Of a stretch of DNA of 64,000 bases, positions 35,002 to 44,590 are shown piece by piece. Within the stretch, counting starts at the first letter, position 1, and each line of letters begins with the position of its first letter. This DNA comes from Acidobacteriota bacterium (GTDB taxonomy: Bacteria > Acidobacteriota > UBA890 > WLXD01), in the NCBI GenBank assembly GCA_965248695.1, contig CBDFKD010000002.1, positions 3,136,001-3,200,000 on the forward strand. Direction: 5' to 3'. A model generated the notes under the pieces. The model was given only the letters and a program-made list of their open reading frames with translations, searched no databases and was not told where the DNA came from. The translations under genes were made by a program, and so were the position numbers.

Positions 35002-36237
35002 CTACTGCTCCTCCTCCGACATCTCCTCCTCGTAGACGCTCGAGGCAGTCTGCACCGCAGCGAGCGCATCGGCGAACTGAGCCCGATCGGACGGAGGCGC
35101 TCGGCGCAACGTGCGGTATAGGAGATAAACGCCGAAGGCGATATGGACGCCGGCGGTGAACAGATAGAGACCGCCGGGCGCCAGCCGCGTCATCATGGCG
35201 GAGGCAATGAACGGCCCGATGACGGCGCCGACGCCATACATGAGCAACAGGCCGCTCGACACCAGTACGAACTCGTCAGGCTCAGCGTAGTCGTTGGCGT
35301 GGGCAGCGGAGATCGAGTATATGGGGAACGAGACGGCGCCCCAGACAGCGGTGAGCGCGATGATCCCGATTGGCGAGAGCTGCGGAGTCATGAGCCACAT
35401 AGTGGCGCCAATGCCAGCCGCAACGAGGGTGATCACGGCCATCACCAGGCGTCGGTCGACGCGATCAGACCAGAAGCCGAGGGGCCACTGGCACACCGCC
35501 CCACCGAGCACGGTGGCGGTCATGAACGTCGCCGCCAGGCCCACGTCGGACGACTGCGCCGCCGTGAACAGCGGCGCTAGCGACCAGAACGATCCCGCCG
35601 ACAACCCCGCCGCGAGGCTGCCGGTCACGCCGGCCGGCGACAGTCGATACAGCCGCGGCAGGTCGACTTCGACGGTATCCGGTTGCAGCGGCGCCGAGGA
35701 GTTCGACAGCACCACCGGCACGGCGGCCAGCGACACCAGCGCCGAGGCAATCGCGAACAGCGCCATGCGATGCGGATCGTAGAGCAGCAGCATCTGCTGG
35801 CCAACGGCGAGGACCGTAAGGGTGATCAGCACGTAGGCGGAGAACACCGTTCCGCGGGTCTCGTTGGTGGCGTGCTCGTTGAGCCAGCTCTCGATGACGA
35901 CGTAAAGCACAGCGAAACAGTAGCCGGAGATCACGCGCAGGATGGCCCAAGCCCAGGCGACAGCCCACAGTCCGTGCAGCAGCGGCGCCGCCGATGCTAC
36001 TGCGGTCATGGCAGCGAACACCCGCACGTGCCCCACTCGGCGCACCAGATCCCCACCGCGTAAACAGCCAAACGTGAACCCGAGAAAATACGCCCCGCCC
36101 ATCAGGCCGATGGAGAAGGTCGAGAATTCCTCCAGCGCCGCGCGCACCGGGATAAGGACGCCCTGCAGGCCCTGGCCAGCGAGCAGAATGGCGACACCGA
36201 ACAGCAGCGCCGCAACGGGAGCGAAGGAGCGGATCAA
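35002..36237 (-). CDS. MFS transporter (YcaD-like)
   Basis: Twelve TM; RVGHVRVFA, ESWLN, WSDRVDRR. Confidence 0.9.
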   Translation of the reverse strand: MIRSFAPVAALLFGVAILLAGQGLQGVLIPVRAALEEFSTFSIGLMGGAYFLGFTFGCLRGGDLVRRVGHVRVFAAMTAVASAAPLLHGLWAVAWAWAILRVISGYCFAVLYVVIESWLNEHATNETRGTVFSAYVLITLTVLAVGQQMLLLYDPHRMALFAIASALVSLAAVPVVLSNSSAPLQPDTVEVDLPRLYRLSPAGVTGSLAAGLSAGSFWSLAPLFTAAQSSDVGLAATFMTATVLGGAVCQWPLGFWSDRVDRRLVMAVITLVAAGIGATMWLMTPQLSPIGIIALTAVWGAVSFPIYSISAAHANDYAEPDEFVLVSSGLLLMYGVGAVIGPFIASAMMTRLAPGGLYLFTAGVHIAFGVYLLYRTLRRAPPSDRAQFADALAAVQTASSVYEEEMSEEEQ

Positions 36238-36240
36238 GGC

Positions 36241-36492
36241 TCAACCGTGCTGGTCGTGACTCTCTTCGTATTTGCGCTGCTCGACGGCCCGGTCCGTAGC
36301 GAGCGCCCGGTCGCGCTTCTTGGCAGCTCGCATCGCCATGCGGTGCGTACCCTCTGATTGGACCGCCGGCGTGGAGATCAGGCGCTCGAGGTCTCGGCCG
36401 CTACAGGAGGGACACTCGGGTGTCGTGCCCTTCAGCACGAGGACCTCGAACTCGCTATCGCAGGCCTTGCACGAGTACTCATAGATTGGCAT
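36241..36492 (-). CDS. FmdB-family zinc ribbon protein
   Basis: MPIYEYSCKAC...CPSC...RLIS. Confidence 0.9.
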   Translation of the reverse strand: MPIYEYSCKACDSEFEVLVLKGTTPECPSCSGRDLERLISTPAVQSEGTHRMAMRAAKKRDRALATDRAVEQRKYEESHDQHG

Positions 36493-36540
36493 CGTCGACT
36501 CCTCTCCGAGAGGACTCCAATTCTCGCACGTTCGCAGCCG

Positions 36541-37959
36541 CTACCTCGGACGGGTGACGTTGCCGGCCGGCCGATAGCCGGGGTCGGTCGCCGGGTCGAA
36601 CTCGAGCAACTGCCGATCGACTACGTCGCCACGCTGAACGACCATGAAGATGTTCCGCGTGTCGGCAATGCGACTGGCCGGATTGCCATCGACGATCAGC
36701 AGATCGGCGCGCTTGCCAGGCTCGAGCGTTCCCCAGTCATCTGCCTGCATCAGCACAGCGGCGTTGCGCGTCGCCGTGCCAATCGCCTGCAGCGGAGTCA
36801 ACCCCGCGTCGACCAGCAACTCGAGCTCGCGATGCAAGCCTTCACCGAAGAACAAGCCGGGAGCCGGTGTGTCGGTGCCCGCCACCAGCAATACCCCGGC
36901 GTCGAACATGCGCTTGGCGTTCTCGAGCACCGTCTGCAGCTGGTCGTCCCAGCCACTGCCATAGGACGTACCCTGCCCCCGAATGACAACGTCGGTCAGC
37001 GGCTCGAACACCCATGGCGGGGTAACTGTTCCAACCAGCGGTGCTGTCTCGAAGTCGCCGCCGCGCTCCTGCCAGCGCGCTCGCGCCTCCGACAAGGACG
37101 CGGTGGTGATGGTGGCCACACTTTCTCGGACCATCACCTCGATCGCCTCGTCGGTAACCTCGGAGTCGCCAAGATGGGCGAACGCAGTGATACCCGTGGA
37201 CGCCGTGCCGACCGATCCGTTGCGGCCCCATACGTCGACGATGGTCGGGAGTCCCTCGCGCGCCGCGGCCTCCACCAGGTGAACGATCATTTCGTCCGAC
37301 AGCCCGCTGTAGCCCTTGATCACATGCACGCCAGCGGCCTTTAGCTTGCGGACATAGCCCTGCATCTGCGGCACCGAGGAGATCGCATAGGTGCTCTCCG
37401 GCCAGGCTGGCTCGGGCCCATCGAGAAGAGGGCCAGCGAAGTACACCTTGGGGCCCGAGACCCTGCCGGCTTCGATCTCGTCGTGCAGTTGGTGGATGTG
37501 CGGCCCGGGGTCACCCAGAGTCAACACCGTGGTGACGCCGGCATAGAGAAGCGCGTCGAGATAGCGCTGGAAACCCAGAAGGTCGGCCGTTGTTCCGTCC
37601 CAGCCGCCCTGCCCCACGTGGACGTGCATGTCCGCCAGACCAGGGAGAACCGTGCGGCCGGTCGCGTCGATGACTTGCGCGTCATCGGGTACCGCTGTGG
37701 AGCTCGCCGGCCCAACCGCCTCGATGAGCTCGCCACGGATGACGATGACGCCATCCGTCAGCGGCTCGCCGCCGTTGCCGTCGATGATGCGGGCACCGAT
37801 GATCACCGTAGCCGCGGACTGCGCCGCAACGTCAGTCTGGGGCGCGACAACGGACGGCACTGCACTGCTGCCGCCACCGTCGCCGCATCCGGCTGCTGCC
37901 AGAGACAGGACGGCGAGCGCCAGGAAGGCGACCACGCGTCGGTGGCAGGGATCGCTCAT
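36541..37959 (-). CDS. Amidohydrolase family lipoprotein
   Basis: Lipobox AAGC; PGLADMHVH, GVTTV, AGTD, GKRADL. Confidence 0.9.
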   Translation of the reverse strand: MSDPCHRRVVAFLALAVLSLAAAGCGDGGGSSAVPSVVAPQTDVAAQSAATVIIGARIIDGNGGEPLTDGVIVIRGELIEAVGPASSTAVPDDAQVIDATGRTVLPGLADMHVHVGQGGWDGTTADLLGFQRYLDALLYAGVTTVLTLGDPGPHIHQLHDEIEAGRVSGPKVYFAGPLLDGPEPAWPESTYAISSVPQMQGYVRKLKAAGVHVIKGYSGLSDEMIVHLVEAAAREGLPTIVDVWGRNGSVGTASTGITAFAHLGDSEVTDEAIEVMVRESVATITTASLSEARARWQERGGDFETAPLVGTVTPPWVFEPLTDVVIRGQGTSYGSGWDDQLQTVLENAKRMFDAGVLLVAGTDTPAPGLFFGEGLHRELELLVDAGLTPLQAIGTATRNAAVLMQADDWGTLEPGKRADLLIVDGNPASRIADTRNIFMVVQRGDVVDRQLLEFDPATDPGYRPAGNVTRPR

Positions 37960-38178
37960 TCGAGCTCCGCAGCATGAGGACGATTCGCCCCCGCATGTGG
38001 GGGCTGTCAGTAAACGCCGGCACTCAACCACAGGCCAGCCGCTTTCGCCACGGGAACCGCCACGGCAGCTGCGACTTGCGAGCCCTCGCCCCCGCAGCGT
38101 TTCGCACAGTACGGTAGGTCGCCCGGAGACGATGTGGACTCGTTTTCTTGCCAACCCGCACCAGCCGAGGACGATCGC

Positions 38179-38559
38179 ATGGATGAAGGACTGTTCGAGA
38201 AAGGACTCCAGCACCGCCGCGCGACGCTGGGGAAGGACTATGTGAACAACAGTCTGACCAGCGCCGATGACCTGACACGGCCCTTCCAGGAAGCCATGAC
38301 CGCGTGGTGCTGGGGCTTCGGCTGGGGCGACGACGCCATCGACGCCAAGACCCGATCGATGATGAACCTCGCCATGATCGGTGCCCTCGGGAGGATGCAT
38401 GAGTGGGAGCTGCACTGTCGTGGCGCAATCACCAACGGCGTGAGCTTCGAGGAGATCCGCGCCATCGTTCACGTGGTTGGGATTTACTGCGGCGTGCCGC
38501 AGGCACTCGAGTGCTTCCGCGTCGCGCGTCAGGTCCTGGAGGAGCACGACATGATCTAG
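38179..38559 (+). CDS. Carboxymuconolactone decarboxylase family protein
   Basis: RRATLGKDYV, KTRSMMNL, HCRGAITNG, IYCGVP. Confidence 0.88.
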   Translation: MDEGLFEKGLQHRRATLGKDYVNNSLTSADDLTRPFQEAMTAWCWGFGWGDDAIDAKTRSMMNLAMIGALGRMHEWELHCRGAITNGVSFEEIRAIVHVVGIYCGVPQALECFRVARQVLEEHDMI

Positions 38560-38786
38560 CGGGGCTGCGAGCGCTGGGTGCCAGCGCACCCGGGCGGGTC
38601 TGGCCGGCAGGTCAAAGGCCCATCAGAGCTCTTCAGCGTCCTGCTACAATGAGACGCGTACTTCGGAGCCAGAGTGGGGTGGCATCCGACGCTGGATCGA
38701 GCGTGTTGATCCGCGTCGCGACGCCGGGAGGCAGCCGCATGATGGACGGCTCGCGAAGAGGCGCTGACCACGTCGCCGGATCGACC

Positions 38787-39674
38787 ATGCATAGCCTCCG
38801 CTGGAAGTTCGCCGTGCCGATCGACGCGCAAACCTCTCACCGTGGGCCAACCAGCAGCCTCATCTACCTGCCGGTCGCCGCACTGGTCGCGATCGCGCTC
38901 CTGTTCACCGGCAACCCGACACCGGCGGCAGACGGGCCGCTCGACACGGCGGAACAGACTCCGGCATTCGGCGGCGGCCTACGCACCATCGCGATCGACC
39001 CTGGGCACGGCGGCCGCGCCGCCGGGGCGCCGGGCATAGGCGGGCTGTCAGAGAAGGACATTACCCTGGATATCGCCGTGCGCGTGCGCGAGCTCATCTA
39101 CCGGCGGCTCGGCCTGCAGGTGTTCATGACGCGCGAGGACGATGTTGATCTGGATCTGGATTCGCGCACCGAGAAGGCCAACAACTGGGAGGCCGACCTG
39201 TTCGTCTCCATCCATGCGAATGCCTACAGGGTGGACAACGTGCGCGGCCCGGAAACCTATTTCCTGTCGGATACCGCCAGCGACACGATCGCCAGCGGGG
39301 TGGCGCAACGCGAGAACGACGATGATCCGGAGGCAGTGCGCGGGGTCGACGGCGAGGCGCTCGACTTCATCCTGTGGGATCTGGCCCACACCCAGCACCT
39401 GCGCGAGAGCAGTCTGCTGGCCGAAGAGATCCAGCAGGCGATGAACGGCGTGTGGCAGCTGCGCGACCGCGGCGTCAAGCAGGCGCCGCTGCGGGTGCTC
39501 AAGGGCGCCACGATGCCCGCCGTGCTGGTGGAGCTCGGCTACCTGTCGAATCCCCAGGATGCAGCGATGATGGCCGACCCTGGGTTCAGACAGCAGCTGG
39601 CCGAGGCGGTGTTTCGCGGCATCAACAGCTTCCGTCAGCAGCACGCCGTGCTCGCCGGCGCACCCAATCCGTAG
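38787..39674 (+). CDS. N-acetylmuramoyl-L-alanine amidase (Amidase_3)
   Basis: IDPGHGG, EKDITL, FVSIHAN, PAVLVELGY. Start uncertain. Confidence 0.92.
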   Translation: MHSLRWKFAVPIDAQTSHRGPTSSLIYLPVAALVAIALLFTGNPTPAADGPLDTAEQTPAFGGGLRTIAIDPGHGGRAAGAPGIGGLSEKDITLDIAVRVRELIYRRLGLQVFMTREDDVDLDLDSRTEKANNWEADLFVSIHANAYRVDNVRGPETYFLSDTASDTIASGVAQRENDDDPEAVRGVDGEALDFILWDLAHTQHLRESSLLAEEIQQAMNGVWQLRDRGVKQAPLRVLKGATMPAVLVELGYLSNPQDAAMMADPGFRQQLAEAVFRGINSFRQQHAVLAGAPNP

Positions 39675-39698
39675 AGCCACTCGGCGTAAACATCGGCC

Positions 39699-40322
39699 AT
39701 GGCCTCCAGCGCTCGCTCCTTCCCGATTCGAGTCACCGTTATCGCCGCGACAATCACCGTTGGGCTCGCCGTGTTACTGCTGGCCGTCAACCGACTTGGG
39801 CGCCCAACGGCGGAGACCGAGCCCATCCCCGCCGAAGAACTCGTCGCCAATCTGGGTCCCGATGGCGACCCGGATGCCACACCCGCAGACGACCTGGCAA
39901 CGGCGGCAACCGAGCCAGTCACGCTGCAGCTGTTTCTGATCGATTCCGTCAATCGACGCCTGGTATCGCGCATCCAGCGGCTCGAGGCGCCGATGACGCT
40001 GGCGGCCAAGGCCCAGCTGGCCGTCGAACGGTTGATCGACGCTGTAGGCTCACCGTTGCCGGCCGGCACCGTCGTACGCGAAGTCTGGATATCGACGGCC
40101 GGCGTTGCCTATGTCGACTTCAGTGCCGACCTGCCGGACTCGCTGCCCCGGGGAAGCCTGGCGGAAATTCACGCCGTGTACGGTGTGGTCGGGACCTTGA
40201 CGTCATCGTTTCCGCAGATACGAGCAGTGCAGTTCCTGGTCGACGGTAACGGCGTGGACACGCTCACTGGCCATTTCGACCTCGCTGGCCCGATCTCGCC
40301 GCATCGCGACTGGCTGTACTAG
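39699..40322 (+). CDS. GerMN domain protein
   Basis: N-terminal TM; LPAGT, AYVDFS, VQFLVDG..DTLTGH. Confidence 0.88.
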   Translation: MASSARSFPIRVTVIAATITVGLAVLLLAVNRLGRPTAETEPIPAEELVANLGPDGDPDATPADDLATAATEPVTLQLFLIDSVNRRLVSRIQRLEAPMTLAAKAQLAVERLIDAVGSPLPAGTVVREVWISTAGVAYVDFSADLPDSLPRGSLAEIHAVYGVVGTLTSSFPQIRAVQFLVDGNGVDTLTGHFDLAGPISPHRDWLY

Positions 40323-40606
40323 TGGCCTGTAACAGATGAACGTTGCCTATCGTGGTGGCGAAATGGGCTCGGATGCCAGGCGCTACGACGAGACGATGTT
40401 GGCCCATCTTCGAGGAGGAGCAACGGGGCAGACGGGTCCATTTCGCCACTGTTCTCTTGATGGGCCTACGGACAGATGGGCAGTTGCGGGCGATATCGGC
40501 GTTGCACCTCGTCGACGATGCTCACTGCATCGCCGTCCTCGCCGCGCCTTGATCTCACCCGCAAATCCCATCTGCGATAGGCAACGTTCATCTGTTACAG
40601 GCCACT
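40321..40606. mobile_element. MITE-like element with 32-bp perfect terminal inverted repeats
   Basis: AGTGGCCTGTAACAGATGAACGTTGCCTATCG (40321-40352) and exact reverse complement (40575-40606); two internal hairpins; no credible ORF. Confidence 0.8.
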
Positions 40607-40633
40607 TAGTGGCCTGTAGGCAGCACTGACGCC

Positions 40634-41239
40634 GTGGACCTGCTCATCGGCACCCACAATCACGGCAAGATCGAGGAGATCTCAGCGCTCCTCGAAGGGG
40701 GGCCGTGGCGCTGTCGTCCGCTCCCCGAGGACGCCTCCGAGTATCCCGAGGCGGGCACTACCTTCGAGGACAACGCGCGCGGCAAGGCGCTGTTCTACGC
40801 TCGACTCACCGGCCTCATCACGCTTGCCGACGACTCGGGCCTGGAGATCGATGCGCTCGACGGCGAGCCCGGAGTCTATTCGGCGCGCTACATCGATCCG
40901 AACCTGTCACAGCAGCAGCGCAACCACGCCGTGCTCGAACGCCTTGCGAATGTCGCACCTCCTGATCGCCAGGCCCGATTCGTGTGCCACGCGGCGCTGG
41001 CGCGCCCGGATGGGCTGGTACACGAGTGCCGCGGTACGTGCAGCGGCAGTATTACCCGACAGCCTCGCGGCGAAGGAGGCTTTGGCTACGACCCGATCTT
41101 CCAGTGCACCGGCGACGAGCGCACTTTTGCGCAGCTCAGCCGCCAGGAGAAGTCTCGACGCTCCCATCGCGGCAAGGCCATCACGGCGATGATCGAGTTT
41201 CTACGCGACTGGACACCGACCGACCAGGCGGGCTCGTAG
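40634..41239 (+). CDS. rdgB: Non-canonical purine NTP pyrophosphatase
   Basis: THNHGK, TFEDNA, ADDSGL, PGVYSAR, GFGYDPIF, SHRGKA. Confidence 0.95.
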   Translation: MDLLIGTHNHGKIEEISALLEGGPWRCRPLPEDASEYPEAGTTFEDNARGKALFYARLTGLITLADDSGLEIDALDGEPGVYSARYIDPNLSQQQRNHAVLERLANVAPPDRQARFVCHAALARPDGLVHECRGTCSGSITRQPRGEGGFGYDPIFQCTGDERTFAQLSRQEKSRRSHRGKAITAMIEFLRDWTPTDQAGS

Positions 41240-41345
41240 TGCACGGCTGGACACCGACCGGCTCGGCGGGCTCATGGCGCGCGTCGAAACGGTTTCGGCG
41301 TTGTATTCTGACGCCGGGCGGGCGCTTGTTCGTGCGCCTGATTTT

Positions 41346-41419
41346 CGGGGTGTGGCGCAGCTTGGAAGCGCACCTGCTTTGGGAGCAGGGGGCCGGAGGT
41401 TCAAATCCTCTCACCCCGA
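41346..41419 (+). tRNA. tRNA-Pro (TGG), CCA not encoded
   Basis: CGGGGTG/CACCCCG acceptor; CCTGC-TTTGGGA-GCAGG anticodon arm; GGAGGTTCAAATCCTCT T-arm. Confidence 0.95.
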
Positions 41420-41465
41420 CTTGGAATTCCTTTATCTCGTGGTCACATACGACGACACGCAGGGA

Positions 41466-41497
41466 TCGAGTCACCATAGAGTCACCGCAAGAGAGGT
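41466..41497 (+). repeat. Arm-type tandem motif copy A (GAGTCACCATAGAGTCACC)
   Basis: 11-bp-period tandem; near-identical to 44299-44331. Confidence 0.65.
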
Positions 41498-41600
41498 CGA
41501 ACCCCGCCGAGAACCCACAAAATAGCGACTGCCTTCAGCCCGATCGGCGCGCGGCGAAGCCGATGATCGGGATTATTGGGGTTTACAAGACCCCCAATAA

Positions 41601-41643
41601 AACTCATAACCCGAAGGTCGCAGGTTCAAATCCTGCCCCCGCT
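41601..41643 (+). repeat. 3' half of initiator tRNA-fMet, copy 1 (att-core-like)
   Basis: AACTCATAACCCGAAGGTCGCAGGTTCAAATCCTGCCCCCGCT; no 5' half upstream. Confidence 0.85.
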
Positions 41644-41783
41644 GTGCACAGGGGCTATCCCCTCCGCCCGATACTCAATGGTTCGTACGCATTCCTTGAT
41701 TGATCCCTGAGATCGTCGGCACGACCCGGACTGACCGGGATCGAGACGACTCGCTCCGAGACCACTGGCTTCAGAGTCGACTA

Positions 41784-42599
41784 CTAGCTCGAGAGTTGGC
41801 GATCGGCGCGCCGATCTCTGTACAGCGCCGCGGCTGCGACGAGCGTGGCCGCCGCGTACACCAGGTGACCGACCCACATGCCGTGCCACTCGCCCAGAGG
41901 GTGCGGATCGTTGCGCAGGATGTCGACCGCAAAGCGGATCAGGCCGTAGCCGCCGACGAACAACCACAGCACCGTGCCATCGCGCGCTCGCCTCAGAAAC
42001 ACCCACATCAGAAGCGCGAACAGCGCCAGTCCGGCACCGGCCTCGTAGAGCTGCGTCGGGTGTATCGCTACCCCTAGCGGCGCACCCCGTGGGTAGGGGA
42101 GCAGGAGGAAGTTGTAGGTGACAGCCCACGGAAGCTGCGTTGGTGCGCCGTAGCAGCATCCTGCCGCGGAGCAGCCGATCCGTTGGATCGGGATAGCGAG
42201 GCACGCGCTCAGGGCCACGACGTCGAGGCCCTTGAGAGCCGGGATGCCGTAGAGTCGCGAGTAAAGCAGCATGGCAAGCAGGGCGACGGGCAGGGCGATC
42301 AGACTGCTGCTTCCCGTCTCCTGAAGACTCTCGACCAGCGTCGTCCACACTGCGCCGCCCTGCTGTACTTGGGCGACGAAGCGGCCGAGCCCGAAGCTCG
42401 AAGCGACGATCAGCGTGATTGGCGCCACCCAGAGGAACGCCATGTAGGCGTGGTCAGGATCGATGCCTCGTCGCCTGAAGCCGAACCGCCAGATCAGCAA
42501 TCCGACGACAACAGCGACCCCACGGGCGAAGCCGTAGGTGAAAATTGGTAACACATCGCCGCCGGGCAATGGCACCACGTACAGAATCGGCGGAAGCAT
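41784..42599 (-). CDS. Prolipoprotein diacylglyceryl transferase family protein (Lgt paralog)
   Basis: TYG, RIGCSAAGCCYG, HPTQLYE, YGLIRF; multiple TM. Confidence 0.88.
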   Translation of the reverse strand: MLPPILYVVPLPGGDVLPIFTYGFARGVAVVVGLLIWRFGFRRRGIDPDHAYMAFLWVAPITLIVASSFGLGRFVAQVQQGGAVWTTLVESLQETGSSSLIALPVALLAMLLYSRLYGIPALKGLDVVALSACLAIPIQRIGCSAAGCCYGAPTQLPWAVTYNFLLLPYPRGAPLGVAIHPTQLYEAGAGLALFALLMWVFLRRARDGTVLWLFVGGYGLIRFAVDILRNDPHPLGEWHGMWVGHLVYAAATLVAAAALYRDRRADRQLSS

Positions 42600-42735
42600 G
42601 CCGTAAATCGTATGCCGTGCGCGACCGCCGGCGAAATCGCCGGCGGCGAGGATTCTATCGGGAGCGGCGGTTCGCCCCTTGTACGAACCGAGCGACTGAG
42701 CGTAGGCTGCGGCCTTTGGGTAACAGGGAACGTGC

Positions 42736-43839
42736 ATGAGTACCGACCAGCCGGCCGACGAACACACGACGTTCTGCTTGCCGTCCAGCCGCGGCGTCCT
42801 GCGCGCCGTGGTCGTGGGCTGTTTGCTACCGCTGGTTCTTATCGGGGCGTCGACCACCGGGAGCGGCTGTTGCGGATGCTCGATCGATTCCGCATCGTTC
42901 AGTTCGCGGGGCACGGGCGCGGCCGATCCCTACTCGCTGAGCTTCCTCGGCGGCACGGCCGCGATCTCCTTTCCCGACCCGGACGGTAGCGAGATCGTCG
43001 CCAACAACGCGCGCACGCTGATCACGACCATTACTCCCGGATTGCCCGTCTTGTTCCCGGAGGGGACCCTGACCGTGACCGGCACCGCTGCCAAGGTGGC
43101 GGGGCGAGGCGGGGCGCCGCCCAAGAAACTCCTGATGGACGCGGATCACAAGGCAGCAGGCGAGTCCGCAGCCAAGGTCTTCTCCACGGTCCTGAAGATC
43201 AAGAACGGAAAGATCAAACAGACCAAGGACCAGGTCGACGGCTTCACGGCGCAGCCGGGTGAACGGGTGAGGGTGTTCCTGCGGCCCAGGGGCGGCGCCG
43301 TGACGAACGATCAGACGTACGACCTCACCTACAACTACGCCCCCACACCCGCGGGGCTGGCGGCGGCGATGCGCGAATACGGTTGGACAGCGCTGAGTGC
43401 GATCGAGACGGGGCGCCGCCTGTTGTCGACGGTGCCGGATGGCGCCGGAGCACTGCCTCTATTGTTCCGGGCCAACCGCACGATCGAGGCGAAGGCGAAG
43501 CAGGACGTAGTGAGTGTCGTGTACGGCGTTGCCTTCGAAACGGCAGCTTTCGACCTGGCGGTCGGCGCTGGCTTCTTCGGGCAGGGCGCCAGTAAGTCGT
43601 TGGCGCCCAAGCGCGTCACGGTATTCGTGGTAATACGTGACGCCGAAGGTAACACGAAGCTGTCGGTGACCTACAAGCTCGCGGTCCAGAACAACAACGT
43701 CGCTCTGGTCACCAAGGCGATCGAAGCGCTGAGCATCGAACCCGGCGACGAGCTCGATATTCAGATGAAGCTCAATGGCGGAGACGTCAACCCGGGCGAC
43801 GGCGTGTTCATTTTCCTCACCGCCACGCCGAGTCCTTGA
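42736..43839 (+). CDS. Hypothetical exported protein, Cys-rich N-terminus and two internal beta-rich repeats
   Basis: Hydrophobic leader followed by GSGCCGC; repeats PPKK...QPGERV...GG...APTP and APKR...EPGDEL...GG...ATPSP. Confidence 0.7.
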   Translation: MSTDQPADEHTTFCLPSSRGVLRAVVVGCLLPLVLIGASTTGSGCCGCSIDSASFSSRGTGAADPYSLSFLGGTAAISFPDPDGSEIVANNARTLITTITPGLPVLFPEGTLTVTGTAAKVAGRGGAPPKKLLMDADHKAAGESAAKVFSTVLKIKNGKIKQTKDQVDGFTAQPGERVRVFLRPRGGAVTNDQTYDLTYNYAPTPAGLAAAMREYGWTALSAIETGRRLLSTVPDGAGALPLLFRANRTIEAKAKQDVVSVVYGVAFETAAFDLAVGAGFFGQGASKSLAPKRVTVFVVIRDAEGNTKLSVTYKLAVQNNNVALVTKAIEALSIEPGDELDIQMKLNGGDVNPGDGVFIFLTATPSP

Positions 43840-43973
43840 CGAGGACGGCTGGCAGCTCCTCTCCCTACGCGGTGCGCGTCTTCGCGGCCCGAATCTGCCT
43901 GAATCGCCTGGCATCACTCACTGCGACCAGTACTAGCAGGCTCGGCTCGCGCTGCCGTCCAGCGGGGTCCGAT

Positions 43974-44019
<46 letters not shown>

Positions 44020-44178
44020 CCAGAACGTCCCGAATGGCGCAGCGATTTTTCCCCGTGCTCGTCACCGGGGCTTTCTGCGTCGCGGGTCGATATCTAACAG
44101 CCATCTAACGATCGATAGCGATTGACAGTCCGCACGTCCCAGATCGATCGGAAGAAGGCGACCCCACGTTGCTGATCG

Positions 44179-44231
44179 GAGCAACTGATCCGTAATCAGC
44201 AGGTCCGCGGTTCGAATCCGCGCGCCGGCTC
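44179..44231 (+). repeat. 3' part of a tRNA-Thr(CGT) (att-core-like fragment)
   Basis: GAGCAA-CTGAT-CCGTAAT-CAG...CGCGGTTCGAATCCGCG-CGCCGGC-T; no matching GCCGGCG 5' strand upstream. Confidence 0.8.
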
Positions 44232-44247
44232 TTTGTAAGCCTCGCAG

Positions 44248-44260
44248 AATCAATATCTTG
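44248..44260 (+). promoter_or_regulatory. IHF-consensus site
   Basis: AATCAA-TATC-TTG matches WATCAA-N4-TTR exactly. Confidence 0.55.
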
Positions 44261-44298
44261 CGGGGCTCCAGCTTCTTGTTTGCCTAGGGCGGTCTAAG

Positions 44299-44331
44299 TC
44301 GAGTGACCATAGAGTGACCACGCGGAGAGGT
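44299..44331 (+). repeat. Arm-type tandem motif copy B (GAGTGACCATAGAGTGACC)
   Basis: tcgagtgaccatagagtgaccacgcggagaggt vs tcgagtcaccatagagtcaccgcaagagaggt. Confidence 0.65.
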
Positions 44332-44590
44332 TTCGCTGTCGGTTTCAGCGCCCCTAGAAGGCTTGCGCGCTCATCGCTTGGCGGTCACTTAGCCGCCTGC
44401 TACGCGACCTCACGCCTGATCCGGTAGAGCGTGCGCTCGTGCACATCGAGGCGGATACGGCGCTGGCTGAGGTGCGGCTCGCCTCACTCATGGCGTAATG
44501 CATAGGGTCGCCAGCGCTCGATAAAGGCATCCTGATGGCATTCATTCAAACAACCTCGGGCACCGCACTCCGGCGTCGCTACTTGCCTAT

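Noticed and set aside
41570-41643. Complete tRNA-fMet gene
   Set aside because: Upstream sequence is an unrelated 9-bp hairpin (TTATTGGGG/CCCCAATAA), not a tRNA 5' half.
44150-44235. Complete tRNA-Thr gene
   Set aside because: The 5' acceptor strand and first D-arm strand are missing; treated as a 3' fragment.
44354-44545. Possible integrase remnant (+ frame RLLRDLTPDPVERAL...)
   Set aside because: Only a vague resemblance, with no catalytic R-H-R-Y motifs; needs an HMM search.
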